DNA of 64,000 nucleotides from Hypanus sabinus (lineage: Eukaryota), in assembly GCF_030144855.1 (NCBI RefSeq), contig NC_082712.1, forward strand, positions 9,982,001 to 10,046,000, written 5' to 3'. This document shows, one piece after another, positions 1 to 12,481 of the stretch (positions are counted from its first letter, which is position 1; each line of letters begins with the position of its first letter). Below the pieces are notes generated by a model, which was given only the letters and a program-made list of their open reading frames with translations, was not told the origin of the DNA and did not search any database. Made by a program: the position numbers and the translations under genes.

Positions 1-3000
1 CCCTATCCGCCTTGGTGCATTCCGGTGCCGAGGGCAATCCACTGGACGAAGACATAGCCTCCCAGGGCTGAATGCCTCGGGAGCCGTTAAATACCCCTCT
101 GGAGGCCCGGGCACTGGACGGAAAACTGCTGGTTCGGGTGACCCACTGTACGGCGTCCCTGACATTGATTCTATCCGGAAACCATCGGGAGGAGGTACCA
201 TTCAATCTCATCCATTCGCCTCAAGCCCCTGTAGTTCCAGGATACCCATGGCTGAACCACCACAATCCACAGATCCACTGGTCTACCGGGAGGGTAGCAA
301 GCTGGAGACCGTTTTGCCACGCCAACTGTCTGCGGTTGGCCCCATCGACACTACCGCAACCCACCTGTCTTGGAATCCTTCGACTTGTCCAGAGATCCCA
401 CAGAGAACCATGACCTGGGACAGGAATTCAGATTCAGCAAACAAGGGGCTCTTTTCCTGTCTCCGCACCGCCCGTATGATTGTGCCATCAACCTTCTCCC
501 CGGGGCCTCGCTACCCACCAGTCGTCTTTATGACCTATCCCAACCGGAGAAGGGGGCCATGGAGAAATACATTGGCAGGCATTATTAGTCCTTCATCCTC
601 CCCGGTAGGCGCCGGTTTCTTCTTTGTAGAAAAGAAGCATGGGTCGCTTCGTCCTTACATTGATTACCAAGGCCTAAACAATATAACTGTTAAAAGTAGG
701 TACCCACTACCCCTCATTAATTCGCCATTTGAACCACTTCACGGAGCCACCATCTTCTCGAAGTTGGACCTTCGTAACGCATGCCATCTAGTCAGGATGA
801 GGGAGGGGGCGAGAGAAAGACGGCCTTTAATAAACCTCTGGGCCACTTCGAATACTTGGTTATGCCGTTTCGCCTTATCAGTGTTCCTGCCGTTTTTCAA
901 GCCCTGATCAATGATGTGCTGCGGGACTTTATTATTCGTTTCGCATTCGTTTAACTCGACGATATCTTAATATTTTCTAACAGCCCCCAGGAACACATTC
1001 ATCATGTCCGTCTAGTCCACCAGAGACAGTGGAGCGGAAAATGCGAGTTCCACATTCCTTCGGTCAGCTTCCTAGGCTATATTATTGAGAGCGGGCAGGT
1101 GAGAACAGACCTGGAGAAGATCCGGGCGGTTGAAGAATGGCCTAGGCCCACGACGCGCAAGCAACTTCAGCGGTTCCTGGGGTTTGCGAACTTCTACCGC
1201 CGATTTATCAGGGACTACGGCGGCCCCCCTTACCCGGCTTACCGCGCCCACTACACCTTTTTGTTGGGACTCCGAAGCTGACTCGGCGTTCACCGGCCTG
1301 AAAAGGCATTTCACCACCGCTCCCATCCTGATCTATCCGGACCCTTCCCGACAATTCATTGTTGAGGTGGACGCCTCTGACTCTGGGATAGGAGCAGTCC
1401 TGTCCCAATGATCAAGTTCGGCCGAAAAGCTTCACCCCTGTGCCGCCTTTTCTCGCTGACTGTCCCCAGCCGAGCGGAATCGGGAACTACTGGCGGTTAA
1501 ACCAGCATTGGAAGAATGGAGGCACTGGCTAGAGGAGGCGGAACAACCGTTTGTGTGGACTGATCATAAGAACCTGGGTTATATTCAGACCGCCAAGTGT
1601 TTAAACTCCCGCCAGGCCCGTAGGGCATTATTTTTTGGACGATTCAAGTTTTCCCTGACATACCGCCCGGGGTCCAAGAACGGGAAACCGGACGCGCTCT
1701 TCCGCCAATACGACTCCAAGGAGGACACCTCCAGCCCAGACACTATCCTCCCGCATCCTGCGTGGTAGCAATCCGCACTTGGGAGATCGAGTTCGAAGTA
1801 AAGGAAGCCCAAAGGGACTACCCAGCAATGGACCCAATGGACCCAGCAATCGCCTGTATGTGCCCGATTCTGTCGGATCTCAGGTTCTACAGTGGGGGCA
1901 CGCATCTCAGTTCGCCTGCCACCCCGGGAGTGATCGGAGCCTGGCTCTCCTGAAAATACACTTTTGGTGGCCTTCCATAAAGGCGGATACCCGTTTCTCT
2001 GTCTCGGCATGTTCCGTCTGTGCCCATGGAAAAGCCTCTCATCGGCCACCTGCGGGATTACTTCATCCTCTACCTGTCCCTGGTCGTTCCTGGTCACACA
2101 TTGCCCTAGACCTCGTCACCGGTCTGCCCCCTTCCCGCGGAAACACCGCTGCCCTCATAGTGGTAGACCGGTTCTCCAAGACGGTGCAATTTGTAGCCCT
2201 CCCTACACTCCCTTCTGCTCAAGAAGCAGCAGAACTTCCCGTCCGCCACGTCTTCCACCTCCACGGAATCTCCGCCGACACCGTCTCCGATCGAGGTCTC
2301 CATTTCACTTCGCAGGTATGGAAGGCCTCCTGTCAAACCTTAGGTGCATCGGTCAGCTTGTCATCAGGCTTCCACTCCCAGACGAACGGGAAAAAGGAAC
2401 GGGTCAACCAGGACTTGCAGGCGACTCTACGTTGTGTAACGGCAAACAACTTTCTAAGTGGAGTGACCTCCTCCCCTGGGTTGAGTACGCCCATAACTCT
2501 CTGATAGGTTCTGCCATTTGAACGTCTCCCTTCGAGTGGTACCAACCCCTGTTGTTCCCCGTGCAAGAAGAGGAGATTGCGGTGCGGTCTGTTCTGGACC
2601 ATATCGATCGGTGCCTTAAGGTTTGGGAGGAGACAGGCACGGCCCTACTCAGATCAGCAAATCGCAGTAAGAATACTGCTGACCGACACCGGACTCCGTC
2701 GCCTGAGTACCGACCTGGGCAGATGGTCTGGCTTTCATTCAAGTACATCCCGCTCAAAAACGAGCCTAGGAAACTCGCCCCTCGCTTCCTGGGACCTTTC
2801 AAGGTCGAAAGTGTCATCAATCCCACAGCAGTCCAATGTAAAGAGCCAAGATCTATGCGCATCCATCCTACCTTTCATGTTTCCCAATAAAAGCCAGTGT
2901 CCATCAGCCCCTTGTGTCCCCCGACTGACACTTCCCCCACCTGCCCGTATTATCGACAGCCATCCGGCATACACCGTCCAACGACTGCCGGATGTGCACC

Positions 3001-3190
3001 GTCGGGGCAGGGGTTTCCAATATTTAGTAGACTGGGAGGGGTACGGTCCACAAGAGCGTTCTGGGTTCCCTGCTCCTTCATCCTGGACCCTTCCCTCTTC
3101 TAGGACTTTCATCGGGACCATCCAGACAAGCCTGGAGGATCGTCTGGAGACTCCAGTTGAGGGGTGGTGGGGGGGGGGGGGGGGAAGAAC
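1..3190 (+). mobile_element. Ty3/Gypsy chromodomain-bearing LTR retrotransposon, decayed pol (PR-RT-RH-IN-chromodomain), 5' part outside window
   Basis: Frame-broken ORFs carry RT motifs ([33 protein letters not shown]), RNase H ([25 protein letters not shown]), integrase ([26 protein letters not shown]) and a chromodomain ([16 protein letters not shown]). G-rich PPT at ~3159-3190. Confidence 0.93.
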
Positions 3191-3580
3191 TGTCATGGTC
3201 CCATCTGGCAATTCCCTAACTTGCTATTACCTCAGAAATTGGGCCTCAATCCCCTCGTCTAATTTCCAATCATTCCCAGTTCCACTAATTGCAAACACCT
3301 GCTTTCCATGAGTAAATGCAGGAGAAAAACCTGGAATCACAACAAGGAGCTGCCAGTTTGTTGGTTGACTTTTGTATGAGTAACCTCGTTTCATGGTTCT
3401 TTAGGACTGTCAGTTGTAAGTTCTACATCGTTTTCTGAATTCTGCACGTGAACCTGGTCTCCGCGTAAAGACTCTCCTGGATACCTATTCCACGCTCGCT
3501 ACGGTGCTAACGCCTCCCGACTCTGTCTCCGCACCTGTGTCCTGCACTTGGGTTCGTCCCCCAGCCATGTCCTTGTAACA
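3191..3580 (+). repeat. 3' LTR of the chromodomain Gypsy element
   Basis: Starts TGTCA directly after the PPT and ends TAACA; CR1 sequence follows at 3581. Confidence 0.75.
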
Positions 3581-4450
3581 TATAGACATTAAGAAAGAGG
3601 ATGTGCTGGAAGTTTTGAAAAGCATCAAGTTGGAAACTTGACCAGATTGGTCTCTTGGACCAGATGAGATGTACCGTGGGCTACTGTGGGAGGCAAGGGA
3701 GGAGTTTGCTGAGCCTCTGGTGATGATCTTTGCAACATCAATTGGGGCAGGAGAGGTTCCGGAGGATTGGAGGGCTGCAGATGTTGTTCTCTTATTCAAG
3801 AATGGGAGTAGAGCTAGCCTAGGAAATTATAGACCCTGGGCTATATCTTTTATATTATATCTTACTTCAGTGGTTGGTAAGTTGATGGAAAAGATTCTGA
3901 GAGGCAGGATTCATGAACATTTGGAGAGGCATAATATGATTAGTAATAGTCAGCATGGCTTTGTCAAGGGCAGGTTGTGCTTTACGAGCCTGACTGAATT
4001 TTTTGAGGATGTGACTAAACACATTGATGAAGCTGGAGCAGTAGATGTAGTGTGTGTGGATTTCAGCAAAGCATTTGATAAGGTACCCCATGCAAGGCTT
4101 ATTGAAAAGGCAAGGAGGCATGGGGTCCAAGGGGACCTTGCTTTGTAGATCCAGAATTGACTTGCCCACAGAGGGCAAAGAGTTGTTGTAGGCGGGTCAT
4201 ATTCTGCATGGAGGTCGGTGACCAGTGGTGTGCCTCAAAGATCTGTTCTGGGACTCCTACTCTTCGTGATTTTAATAAATGACCTGGATGAGGAAGTGGA
4301 GGGATAGGTTAGTAAGTTTGCTGATGACACAAAGGTTGCAGGTGTTGTGGATAGTGTGGAGGGCTGTCAGAGGTTACAGCGGGTCATCGATAAGATCTAA
4401 AACTGGGCTGAGAAGTGGCAGGTTGAGTTCAACCCAGGTGAGTGTGAGGT
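3581..4450 (+). mobile_element. CR1 LINE ORF2 (RT) fragment
   Basis: ORFs 3669..4148 and 4279..4617 regions: LLWEAREEFAEPLVMIF, SQHGFVKGR, DFSKAFDKVPH, GVPQ and SKFADDTK-type motifs, with stops. Confidence 0.92.
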
Positions 4451-4573
4451 GCAAACACGAGGAAATCTGCAGCTGCTGGAAATTCAAACAACAACACACA
4501 AAATGCTGGTGGAACACAGCAGGCCAGGCAGCATCTGTAGGGAGAAGCGCTGTCGTCGTTTCAGGCCGAAGTG
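4451..4573 (-). repeat. Penelope-like terminal repeat fragment (elasmobranch-type)
   Basis: AACACGAGGAAATCTGCAG.TGCTGGAAATTCAA..ACACACAAAATGCTGGTGGAAC.CAGCAGGCCAGGCAGCATCT; related copies at 6605-6796, ~9516 and ~27360-27480. Confidence 0.55.
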
Positions 4574-5099
4574 GGCCGAAATGCCGTAGGTTTTCTATAT
4601 TTCTATGTAATAACTGAGTTCTAGAAGAAGAGCTGAAGCTTGTCACTTGGAGAGGAACTCGCCACGTTAAACCCTGTGCGGGGAGTGTCTGAACAGATAT
4701 AAGGAGTTTAAGAGTTTGCGAAACTGCAAATAGAGTTCAATAACTAAAGAGTTGATGAGGTTTGTTTCAGTGCCATGTAGTAAATCATTTAATATTTGGA
4801 ATTAATTGTGACTTAAAAAAAAGAAATACAGTCTACAGACAGGGTCATTGCCAGTATGGTTCTTTGTGTGTTGCAATTACTTTTGTATAATTAGCAAAAT
4901 TATTGGCATTCCTGGGTGGGCTGGATTAAAGTTGAGATTAAATCATCCGAAGATAACCGCCCATCTGAATGATGCCCATTGCTCCCAAATATTTTAAAAT
5001 TATAGGAGGCAGAGATAGGGGTGGATATACAGACTTTTTTCCAATGTGAAAATGTGAATTTTACAAGTCATGTGGAAGACCTTAAGATTTGGGACAGTA

Positions 5100-6000
5100 A
5101 TAAGCCATTGTGCCCATCGAGTGTGCTGTGCCTTAAAACTGTGCCCTCTCGTGTAGCCATTTCATCCCTGGGGAAAAAGCCTCTGACTATTCACAAGATC
5201 AATGCCTCGCAACATCTTATACACCTCTATCAGGTCACCTCTTATCCTACGCCGCTCCAAGGAGAAAAGGCTAGGTTCAATCAATCTATTCTCACAAGGT
5301 ATGCTCCCCAATCCAGGCAACATCCTTGTAAATCTTCTCTGCACGCTTTCTTTGCCTTCCACATTCTTCTTGTAGCGAGGCGACCAGAACTGTGCACAGT
5401 ACTCCAAGTGGGGTCTGACCAGGGTCCTATATCAACAATGCCTCTTGGCTCTTAAACTCAATCCCACGATTGATAAAGGCCAATGCACCGTATGCCTTTT
5501 TAACCACAGATTCATTCTGGACAGCTACTTCGAGTGTCCTATGGACTCGGACCCCAAGATCCCTTTGCCTCCACCTTTACTGATAAGAACCTATCAATCT
5601 TCACTTTAATAAACCCAATGACTGGGCTTACTCAGCCATCTGTGGCAGTGAATTCCACAGATCCACAACCCTCTGGCTGAAAAAAATCCTCATCACCTCT
5701 GTACTGAAGAGACGTTCTGTATTCTGAGGCTGCACCCTCTGGTCAAAGACTTCCCTCCCCCTCCGCCTATATAATATAAAAGGTCCTTTTGACGTCTTCT
5801 CTATCAAGGTCTTTCAATAGTTGTTTTGTTTAAGCAAGGTCCCCCCACCTTCACTTGTTTAAAAACTCCAGGAAGAACAGGCCCAGACTCCTCAAAGGTT
5901 AACCATTCATTTCTGGAACCATTTTCGTGATCCTCCTCTATAGCTTCTCCAATGGCAGCACATCTTTTCTTAGATAAGGAGCCCAAACTGTTCACAATAT
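5100..6000 (-). mobile_element. Two antisense CR1 ORF2 3' fragments
   Basis: ORF 5162..5407(-) MEYCAQFWSPRYKK..VQRRFTRMLPGL..LFSLERRRIRGDLIEVYKM; a similar, more decayed copy at ~5570-6000. Confidence 0.85.
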
Positions 6001-6604
6001 CCACTGCTTCAGATTCTCCAATCTATAGTTTTAAGGTTTATGTGTGCATGGGGTGGGAGCCTGCAGTTTAAAAAATCAGGGAGGGTAGATTTTTAACACA
6101 GAATGTGGTGAGTACATTGGAGCACGCTTTGCTGTTGTTCCTTTCAGTTCTAAATGTAAGTTTGATCTCATTTCGGTCTCCTGCTTCCTTTGAATCATAG
6201 GCGTCAGTGTTGTGGTTTAACAATTCCTCAAATTCTGCAACAAACTTCAAAAAACAGACATCAGCATTTCAGGATGAGGAAGTAAAGTGCAGCTGGCGAG
6301 AAGGTCAGAACAGTGCAGTGTGGGTGATGAACTCTAGGCTTCCCTTTGCAGGGTCCTGTTGGTAATAGGCTGCGGTGACAATAGCTGATCCATTCTTCAT
6401 ACTGACCTGCATACACTAACTGTGAACTTCAGAACATGTCGCCACACCACGTGAACATGGTCACATTGTATCACACCGATTTGAGCAGAATATGTTCTGC
6501 CCCCGAGTAGAGAACGTGCAGAGTTGTCTCTAGCACAGATTGCAGAGGAGGCCAAGTCGCTAAACATATTTACAAAGAAGACAATTTCCTGATGCCAGAT
6601 CGTA

Positions 6605-6796
6605 AACACGGATTACGCAGATACTGGAAATCAAAAATAACACAAATGAAACGCTGGAGGAACTCAGCAGGTCAGGTAGCATCTATGAAGAGGAACAAAT
6701 AAGCAACAGTTTGGACTGAGGCCCTGACAAAGGTCCTTGGCATGAGCCGTCGACTATTTAATACTTCCGATGGATGCTGCTTGGACTGCTGAGTTC
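6605..6796. repeat. Inverted-repeat (tail-to-tail) Penelope-like non-autonomous element
   Basis: GAACTCAGCAGGTCAGGTAGCATCTAT (6660-6686) is an imperfect inverse of ATGGATGCTGCTTGGACTGCTGAGTTC (6770-6796); the centre holds a degenerate CTGACAAAGG...GTCGAC motif. Confidence 0.55.
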
Positions 6797-9515
6797 ATAA
6801 TTTCTTAATACCAAAGGAATTGAGGGCTAAAGATCCTGTAGTGGATGGTCAACCATGATAGCGTTGACTGGTCGAGTAGGCCCGGACGATTGAAAACCTA
6901 CACCTTCTAACTGGCCTCAGGCTGTTCGGAGTGTCGTAGAAACTGTCCTTAAATGGAAAATAGGGAAGTGGAGCTGGGAGGCGTGCGGGGCCATTGGTGG
7001 GACTCTGGAATGGTTGCAGGAGGGACTGTCCCTGAGAGAGAAGCAGGGAGGTGGGGCTGAGAGATAATGTGGAATGGAGTCTGTTTTCAGAACCCATTAA
7101 AAGTCTGTAGGACATGTATAGACTACTAAAAGTCTCATGCTCTGTCTGTCTGACTGTTTATGACCTCCAAGTAGCGCAAACAGTGCATTACAGTGGCACT
7201 TTCTTTTCGCTAAATCGACTTAAAGTGCACTAACTTACAGAATGCAGGCAAAGTTCAGGGTCATATGTTCGTATAAAATTGCTCGTTCGCGAAAATCATC
7301 CTCTCCGCTTTTACCCGAGAGCCGATCCACCATCATAGAAATCGGGACGCGACGCCACGACACATGCGCACTCCCAGCCTCAGTAGCGACTCCAAGCGGA
7401 GCAAAAGGGCAGGGCAGGGCAGCTCTATTTCGATTCTCAAAGGGTGCCCCAACCGGTCGCCCCGTTGTCTAGTTTATTATAAAAATACGTATATATCACC
7501 ACATGTGCCCCTGAGATTCATTTTACGGATGAATGTATAAACTACACACAAATACTGACAAACTAATGTGTAAAAGAAGATCAACTGTGGAAATACAAAA
7601 ACAAACACAAGGAGAATAAGTAGATAGACAGATAATACTGAGAACATGAGTTGTATCCCTTTTGAAAGTGAGTCTAGAGGTTGTGGAATCAGTTCAGTAT
7701 TTTGGTGGGTGGGGTCATCCATACTGGTTCAGGAGCCTGATGGTTGAAGAGTAAGAACTGTTCTATAACTGGTGGTATGGGACCTAAGGTTCCTGCGGCT
7801 CCTTTCCGAAAGGAGCAGTGAAAATAGAGCATGGCCTAGATGGTGGTGGTAGGGTTGGGGGAGGGGGGAGGTTTTTGATAATGGATGCTATTTTCTGCGA
7901 CAGTGTCCCTGTAGATGTGCTCAGTGATGGAGAGGGCATTTCCTTAGATGGACAGAGCTGCACCCATAACATTTCGTCTGGTTTTTCCGTTCCTCAGTGT
8001 TGGTCTTTCCTCTCCATTACATAGCGAGGAAACTGATGGTTTCTGCCTGCCAATTATTGATAGAGTTTCTGCTGCTTGTGGGATGCTTTCCCATTTCCAC
8101 CAAATATTGCACACAGGAGGATCGAAAATAAGATTATTCGGCGAATGAAATGGATTTTATAGGGCATTTGGGGGAATGCTATTCCTATACGGACCGGTTA
8201 ATATGCAGAGTATGCTTAACGTATTGAGATAGGCATAGAAATAGACTTGGTGTAGAAGGTTACGCACCCAATGGAGGCAAATGTGATTTGTGGATAGGGA
8301 AAAGGTTGTCTGAACGTGGAGAGTGCAGCGACTGATTTCTGCACTGTACAGATCCGTGACGCCATGACACCAAAACTATTCCCAAACCGCTTTACTCTGG
8401 TTTAACATGAGGCAAATACGCAACTTTTTCACCAGAGGATGAACTGCTAGTGGAGGTAACTGAGGAAGGTAGATTTACGGTAATTACAAAGTCCTCGGAC
8501 AGGTACATGGATCGGAAACTTTCGGAGTCATGTGGCTTAAACGGAGGCGTCTGAGACTTGTTCAGATGGGAGTATTGGCCGGCGTGGATCAGTTGGAAGT
8601 CCGCCATGGTCGGTCCCAAGCCCTGCTGTGAAATGTAGCAGGGTTGGACATGGGGCTAGCAACTCTATTCTGTAAAAAAAGAAACGACAACAGAAGCTCT
8701 GACTACCTCATCCGCGTGATAAGCAGGGTGCAGTAGATGAGCTACACTTGGAGATAATTTGAAAGAAGAGCCCAAGACAGATAACTCTGGCAATCTGCTC
8801 GCCGTGGTCTATGCAGTAGGGCAGATATGCTTAAGAACAAGATGGAGCAGTTGGGCCTAAGGGCCAGTTTTCGTGCTGTATGACTCTATGTTTGGATGAG
8901 ACTAGAACTGGAGATCATAGGATAAGGGTGAAAGGCAAAATACTTGCTGGGGATCTGAGGGAAAACATTTGCATCCGCGGGTGGTCCGAGTGTAGAAAGA
9001 GCTGCCAATGGAAATGGTGGATGTGTGTTCGATTAATGGGAGGCACCTAAATAGCTAGGCCTATAGAAGGATACGCACCTAATGGGGGCAAATGGGATGT
9101 GTAGAGGAGCTCAGTGTTGGCATGGACGTGATCAGTCTGCGCTGTACAGTCTGTGACATTTAAGAAAAGTTTGGATAAGTATGTGGATGGGAGGAATGCG
9201 ATGGACTATGGACCGGGTGCGGGTTGGTGGGCCTAGGCAGAACAACAGTTCCACAGGTACTGGTTGGGATGAATGGCCTACTTCCAGTATGAAGGTCTAG
9301 CATGCATTTCATCATGCATTTGAAAATGATCCATCATTATTTGGTCCAAGATATCTACCATCTCCTGCTTCGTATGTCTACCGTACTCTAGAGTGTCATT
9401 ATCTGTCACACTCAACTCTTCATATCTTTTTCCTCAGTGTATAGATGCCCTCATATAAGACCTCAACCATATCCTAAACTGCCTATTTAGTAAGGGATGG
9501 TCGTTTCTGTGACTC

Positions 9516-9546
9516 CTGACGAAGGGTCGCGGCCCAAAATGACGAC
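9516..9546 (+). other. Degenerate minimal hammerhead-ribozyme-like motif of a Penelope-like repeat
   Basis: CTGACGA-AGGGTCGCGGCCC-AAAATGACGAC: CUGANGA core and GGG/CCC helix II are present, but GAAAC is mutated to AAAAT. Confidence 0.45.
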
Positions 9547-10875
9547 TCTTTACTCCTCACCGCAGCTTGACTTGTTTATTTCCTCCAACGTTACGTGTGT
9601 GTTACTCTGGAGTTTCAGAATCTACATAAGCTCTTGTGTTTTCTTCTTTCCTTACATGCTTGCTGTTACATTTTTAAAATGCATTGTGATACTCAAAGCA
9701 TTCAAATCATCAAGGATCAATGGTATTCAACATATAATTTACATGTAAGAAAACTATAAGTTTTAAGAGCAGAATCAGGCCATTGGGCCCATCGAGTCTG
9801 CATTGCCATTTCATCATGGCTGATTTTTTAACCCTCTCCCGTCTTCTCCTCTTTTACCGGCCTGAATAATCGAGAACCTCTCAAACTCCACTTTAAGAAC
9901 ACCGAATGACTTGGTCCCGTCTGTGACAATGAATTTCAGCACCACGAGCTAAAGAAATTCTTCCCTATCTCTGTTCCAAAGGGATGTCACTCTATTCTGA
10001 GGATGTACTTTTAGGTCCTAGACTGCACTCCTGTTGCAAACATCCACTTCATATATATATAACTAGTTTGAAGTACAGGCACGGATATGGAATAAAATGT
10101 GCATAAATACATTCATGCAAATAGCAACATGTAATTACAACATAAACAGCATTATACAGTATAAAGTGTTTGCAGTGCAGTGATAGGAGCAATAGATGGG
10201 TGCGAACTAGAATGGCTGAATACATTACACTATCCAAAGCAGGCCTTTTGGCCCAAATCTTCCTTGCTGACCCGTGCCTATATTTTTTCCATGTTTTGTC
10301 CATATCCCTCTATATTAATCATATCCTTCCTCCTATTCACATATTTTTGCTGCGTTATAATTGCAACCCCTGAATCATTTCTTCTAGTCTCCCATTTTAT
10401 GTTCCTAACAGCCACTGCTGCTCCGCTCCTCTTTCTATACTTCCCCCTCACAGTAAACCTATGTCCTGTAGTGTTAGAACTAGAAAAGATTCCGTGGACA
10501 TCCAAATTAAACGATTTTATGATCCTCGATAATGTCACCCCTTGGCCTCCCACGGTGCAGAGAAAACAGGCACATTTAATCCAGTCTGCTTTGATGACTT
10601 GAGTTGTCCAAACTGAATGATATCTTTGCGAAACCATTCTCCACCATCTTTTGCCTTGATGACGCCCTTTCTATGGGTAGTTCACCAGAACTACATACTC
10701 AGTGGGTGTTTGTCTACCTCGCTCTCTCAGAGATCTACAAGGCTTTCCCGGACCCTTCCATTTACTCTATTATGGACGGCTAATTACTAATGTGTCTGTT
10801 CATGCACTATATCACCCTGTCAGTCTACCCCTGCCAAGTTTAAAATTAGTAACTGTAAGGGTTGCACCGTCTTTG

Positions 10876-10890
10876 GAGGAAGTGAAGAAA
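10876..10890 (+). promoter_or_regulatory. PU.1/ETS box with ETS-IRF composite-like extension, upstream of the receptor ATG
   Basis: GAGGAAGTGAAGAAA ~70 nt 5' of the ATG at 10951; a second GAGGAAG at 10922-10928; no TATA box seen nearby. Confidence 0.45.
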
Positions 10891-10950
10891 CGTTTCCAGT
10901 AACTTCTGCGCTTCAGTACACGAGGAAGAATCCACAGTGTCGTCTTGGCG

Positions 10951-11011
10951 ATGCTGTCTCTCCGGGTTTGTCTCTGCACTCTCCTGTTGTCCGTCTCAAT
11001 CCGGGGATACA
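10951..11011 (+). CDS. Exon 1 (signal peptide) of a Siglec-15/PILR-like receptor
   Basis: GCGATG start with G at -3; encodes MLSLRVCLCTLLLSVSIRGY plus 1 nt; strong donor A|GTAAGT; phase 1 matches the next exon. Confidence 0.8.
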
Positions 11012-11380
11012 GTAAGTGTTTTCCATTAACCTCACTAACTCCTTGTCTCATCAGCTCTCTCAATACTCGGTTCAAACTCTAACGCTTCAACTGTCCTTTT
11101 GCCTTTGGCTAGAACTACAGAGTGTCGTGGGGACGGGGGGGTGGGGTGGGTTAGTATTGAAAGTCCTTAGGCGTTCCTGATAACGCTGGGCGGCCCGTTG
11201 ACTCATTGCACTCTCTGCTGTGGAGGTGATTTGATGGCCGAAAGGTGGAGAAACGCGCTCCACGGAATCCGGGTTTTGTAACCCAGAATGAAACAATGAG
11301 GAAGATACTGAAAGATTACTGAACGTAGGTGAAGATCGGGATAAGCGATAAAGGCAGACCGGCCGTATTCTGATTGGTGT

Positions 11381-11590
11381 GGGCGGCACGCAGTTAGCGA
11401 AACCCGTTGTGGTCCCTGCGACTCGGGTTCAATCCCCGACGCTGTCCGTAAGGAGTTAGTGCGTTAGCCCTCTGTCGACGTGGGATTGGTAGGTTAATTG
11501 GTCACATGGGCGCAATTGCGCGGCGAGGGTCCTTTGGGGCGGAAGGGCCCGTTACCGAGCTGTATCTCAAAAGAAAAGTGAAGTAAACCT
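11381..11590 (+). mobile_element. tRNA-derived V-SINE (HE1-like), internally deleted, in intron 1
   Basis: GGGCGGCACG head, B-box GGTTCAATCCC, GTAAGGAGTT..GGTAGGTTAATTGGTCA core, A-rich tail. Confidence 0.7.
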
Positions 11591-12245
11591 AGAAGGGCCG
11601 AGTGGATTCCTGCTCCTAGCCCATATTTAAATATTCTTATAGCAGCGGGAATCGCAGGGAGACCTAACGGGGAGTACTCAAAATTCTGAAGAGTGTGGAC
11701 AGACGTGGCCGATCCTCATTCATGGAATGGAAGATATCTGATGTTGCAGAATGAGGATGATTGGCCAAGGAACTGAATTCTTGCTAGGACATATTATTTC
11801 CAACCAAAGGGTGGTTCTGGGGCAGGAGGAAAAGGCTTCAGAACCGCGGGGAGGGGCAGACACAACTGAAGTATTCAAATAGAAAAAGAGAAGTGACAGA
11901 ACAGGAATTAGCGGGGCTGTGGGGAGACGACGGAGAAGTGGAAATGACTGGGTTGTTCTTACATTATGCCAGTATAAACTCAAAGTCTTCCTTCCCTGCT
12001 GTCACCAGGGAAAATCCAAGAGCTCTCCTGTCTGTAACCAGTACTCCAAAGTCTCAAGCACACCCATCCGCCTGATAATGAAGCAGCCGAATTGCAGAAA
12101 CCATCAGACCCGTGGCACAGACAACAATTACAAACTTGCCAAATCCTGACTGCATTGTCGTCTGTAGCGCACTCCCGGGCACCCATTCTTGCACGTACAA
12201 CACTCATCGCGGACTTCTCCCACAGCAGGCCCATATTCTCTCTCA

Positions 12246-12249
<4 letters not shown>

Positions 12250-12283
<34 letters not shown>

Positions 12284-12348
12284 AACGCACACACACTCCT
12301 TTTGTCTCTCTCTCTCTCACACACACGTACTCTATTTCTCACTCTCTC
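12250..12348. repeat. Compound (CA)n/(TC)n microsatellite abutting a gap
   Basis: Direct reading of the sequence. Confidence 0.95.
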
Positions 12349-12480
12349 NNNNNNNNNNNNNNNNNNNNNNNNNNNNNNNNNNNNNNNNNNNNNNNNNNNN
12401 NNNNNNNNNNNNNNNNNNNNNNNNNNNNNNNNNNNNNNNNNNNNNNNNNNNNNNNNNNNNNNNNNNNNNNNNNNNNNNNN
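12349..12480. other. Assembly gap (132 N) covering the V1 splice-acceptor region
   Basis: N run. Confidence 1.
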
Positions 12481-12481
12481 G

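Noticed and set aside
7242-7472. CpG-rich 76-aa ORF or possible promoter of another gene
   Set aside because: No recognisable domain and no convincing splice partners; cannot be supported from sequence alone.
11381-11450. tRNA genes at SINE heads (also 33070-33136 and 59686-59750)
   Set aside because: A/B boxes are present, but there is no complete cloverleaf and each continues into a SINE body.
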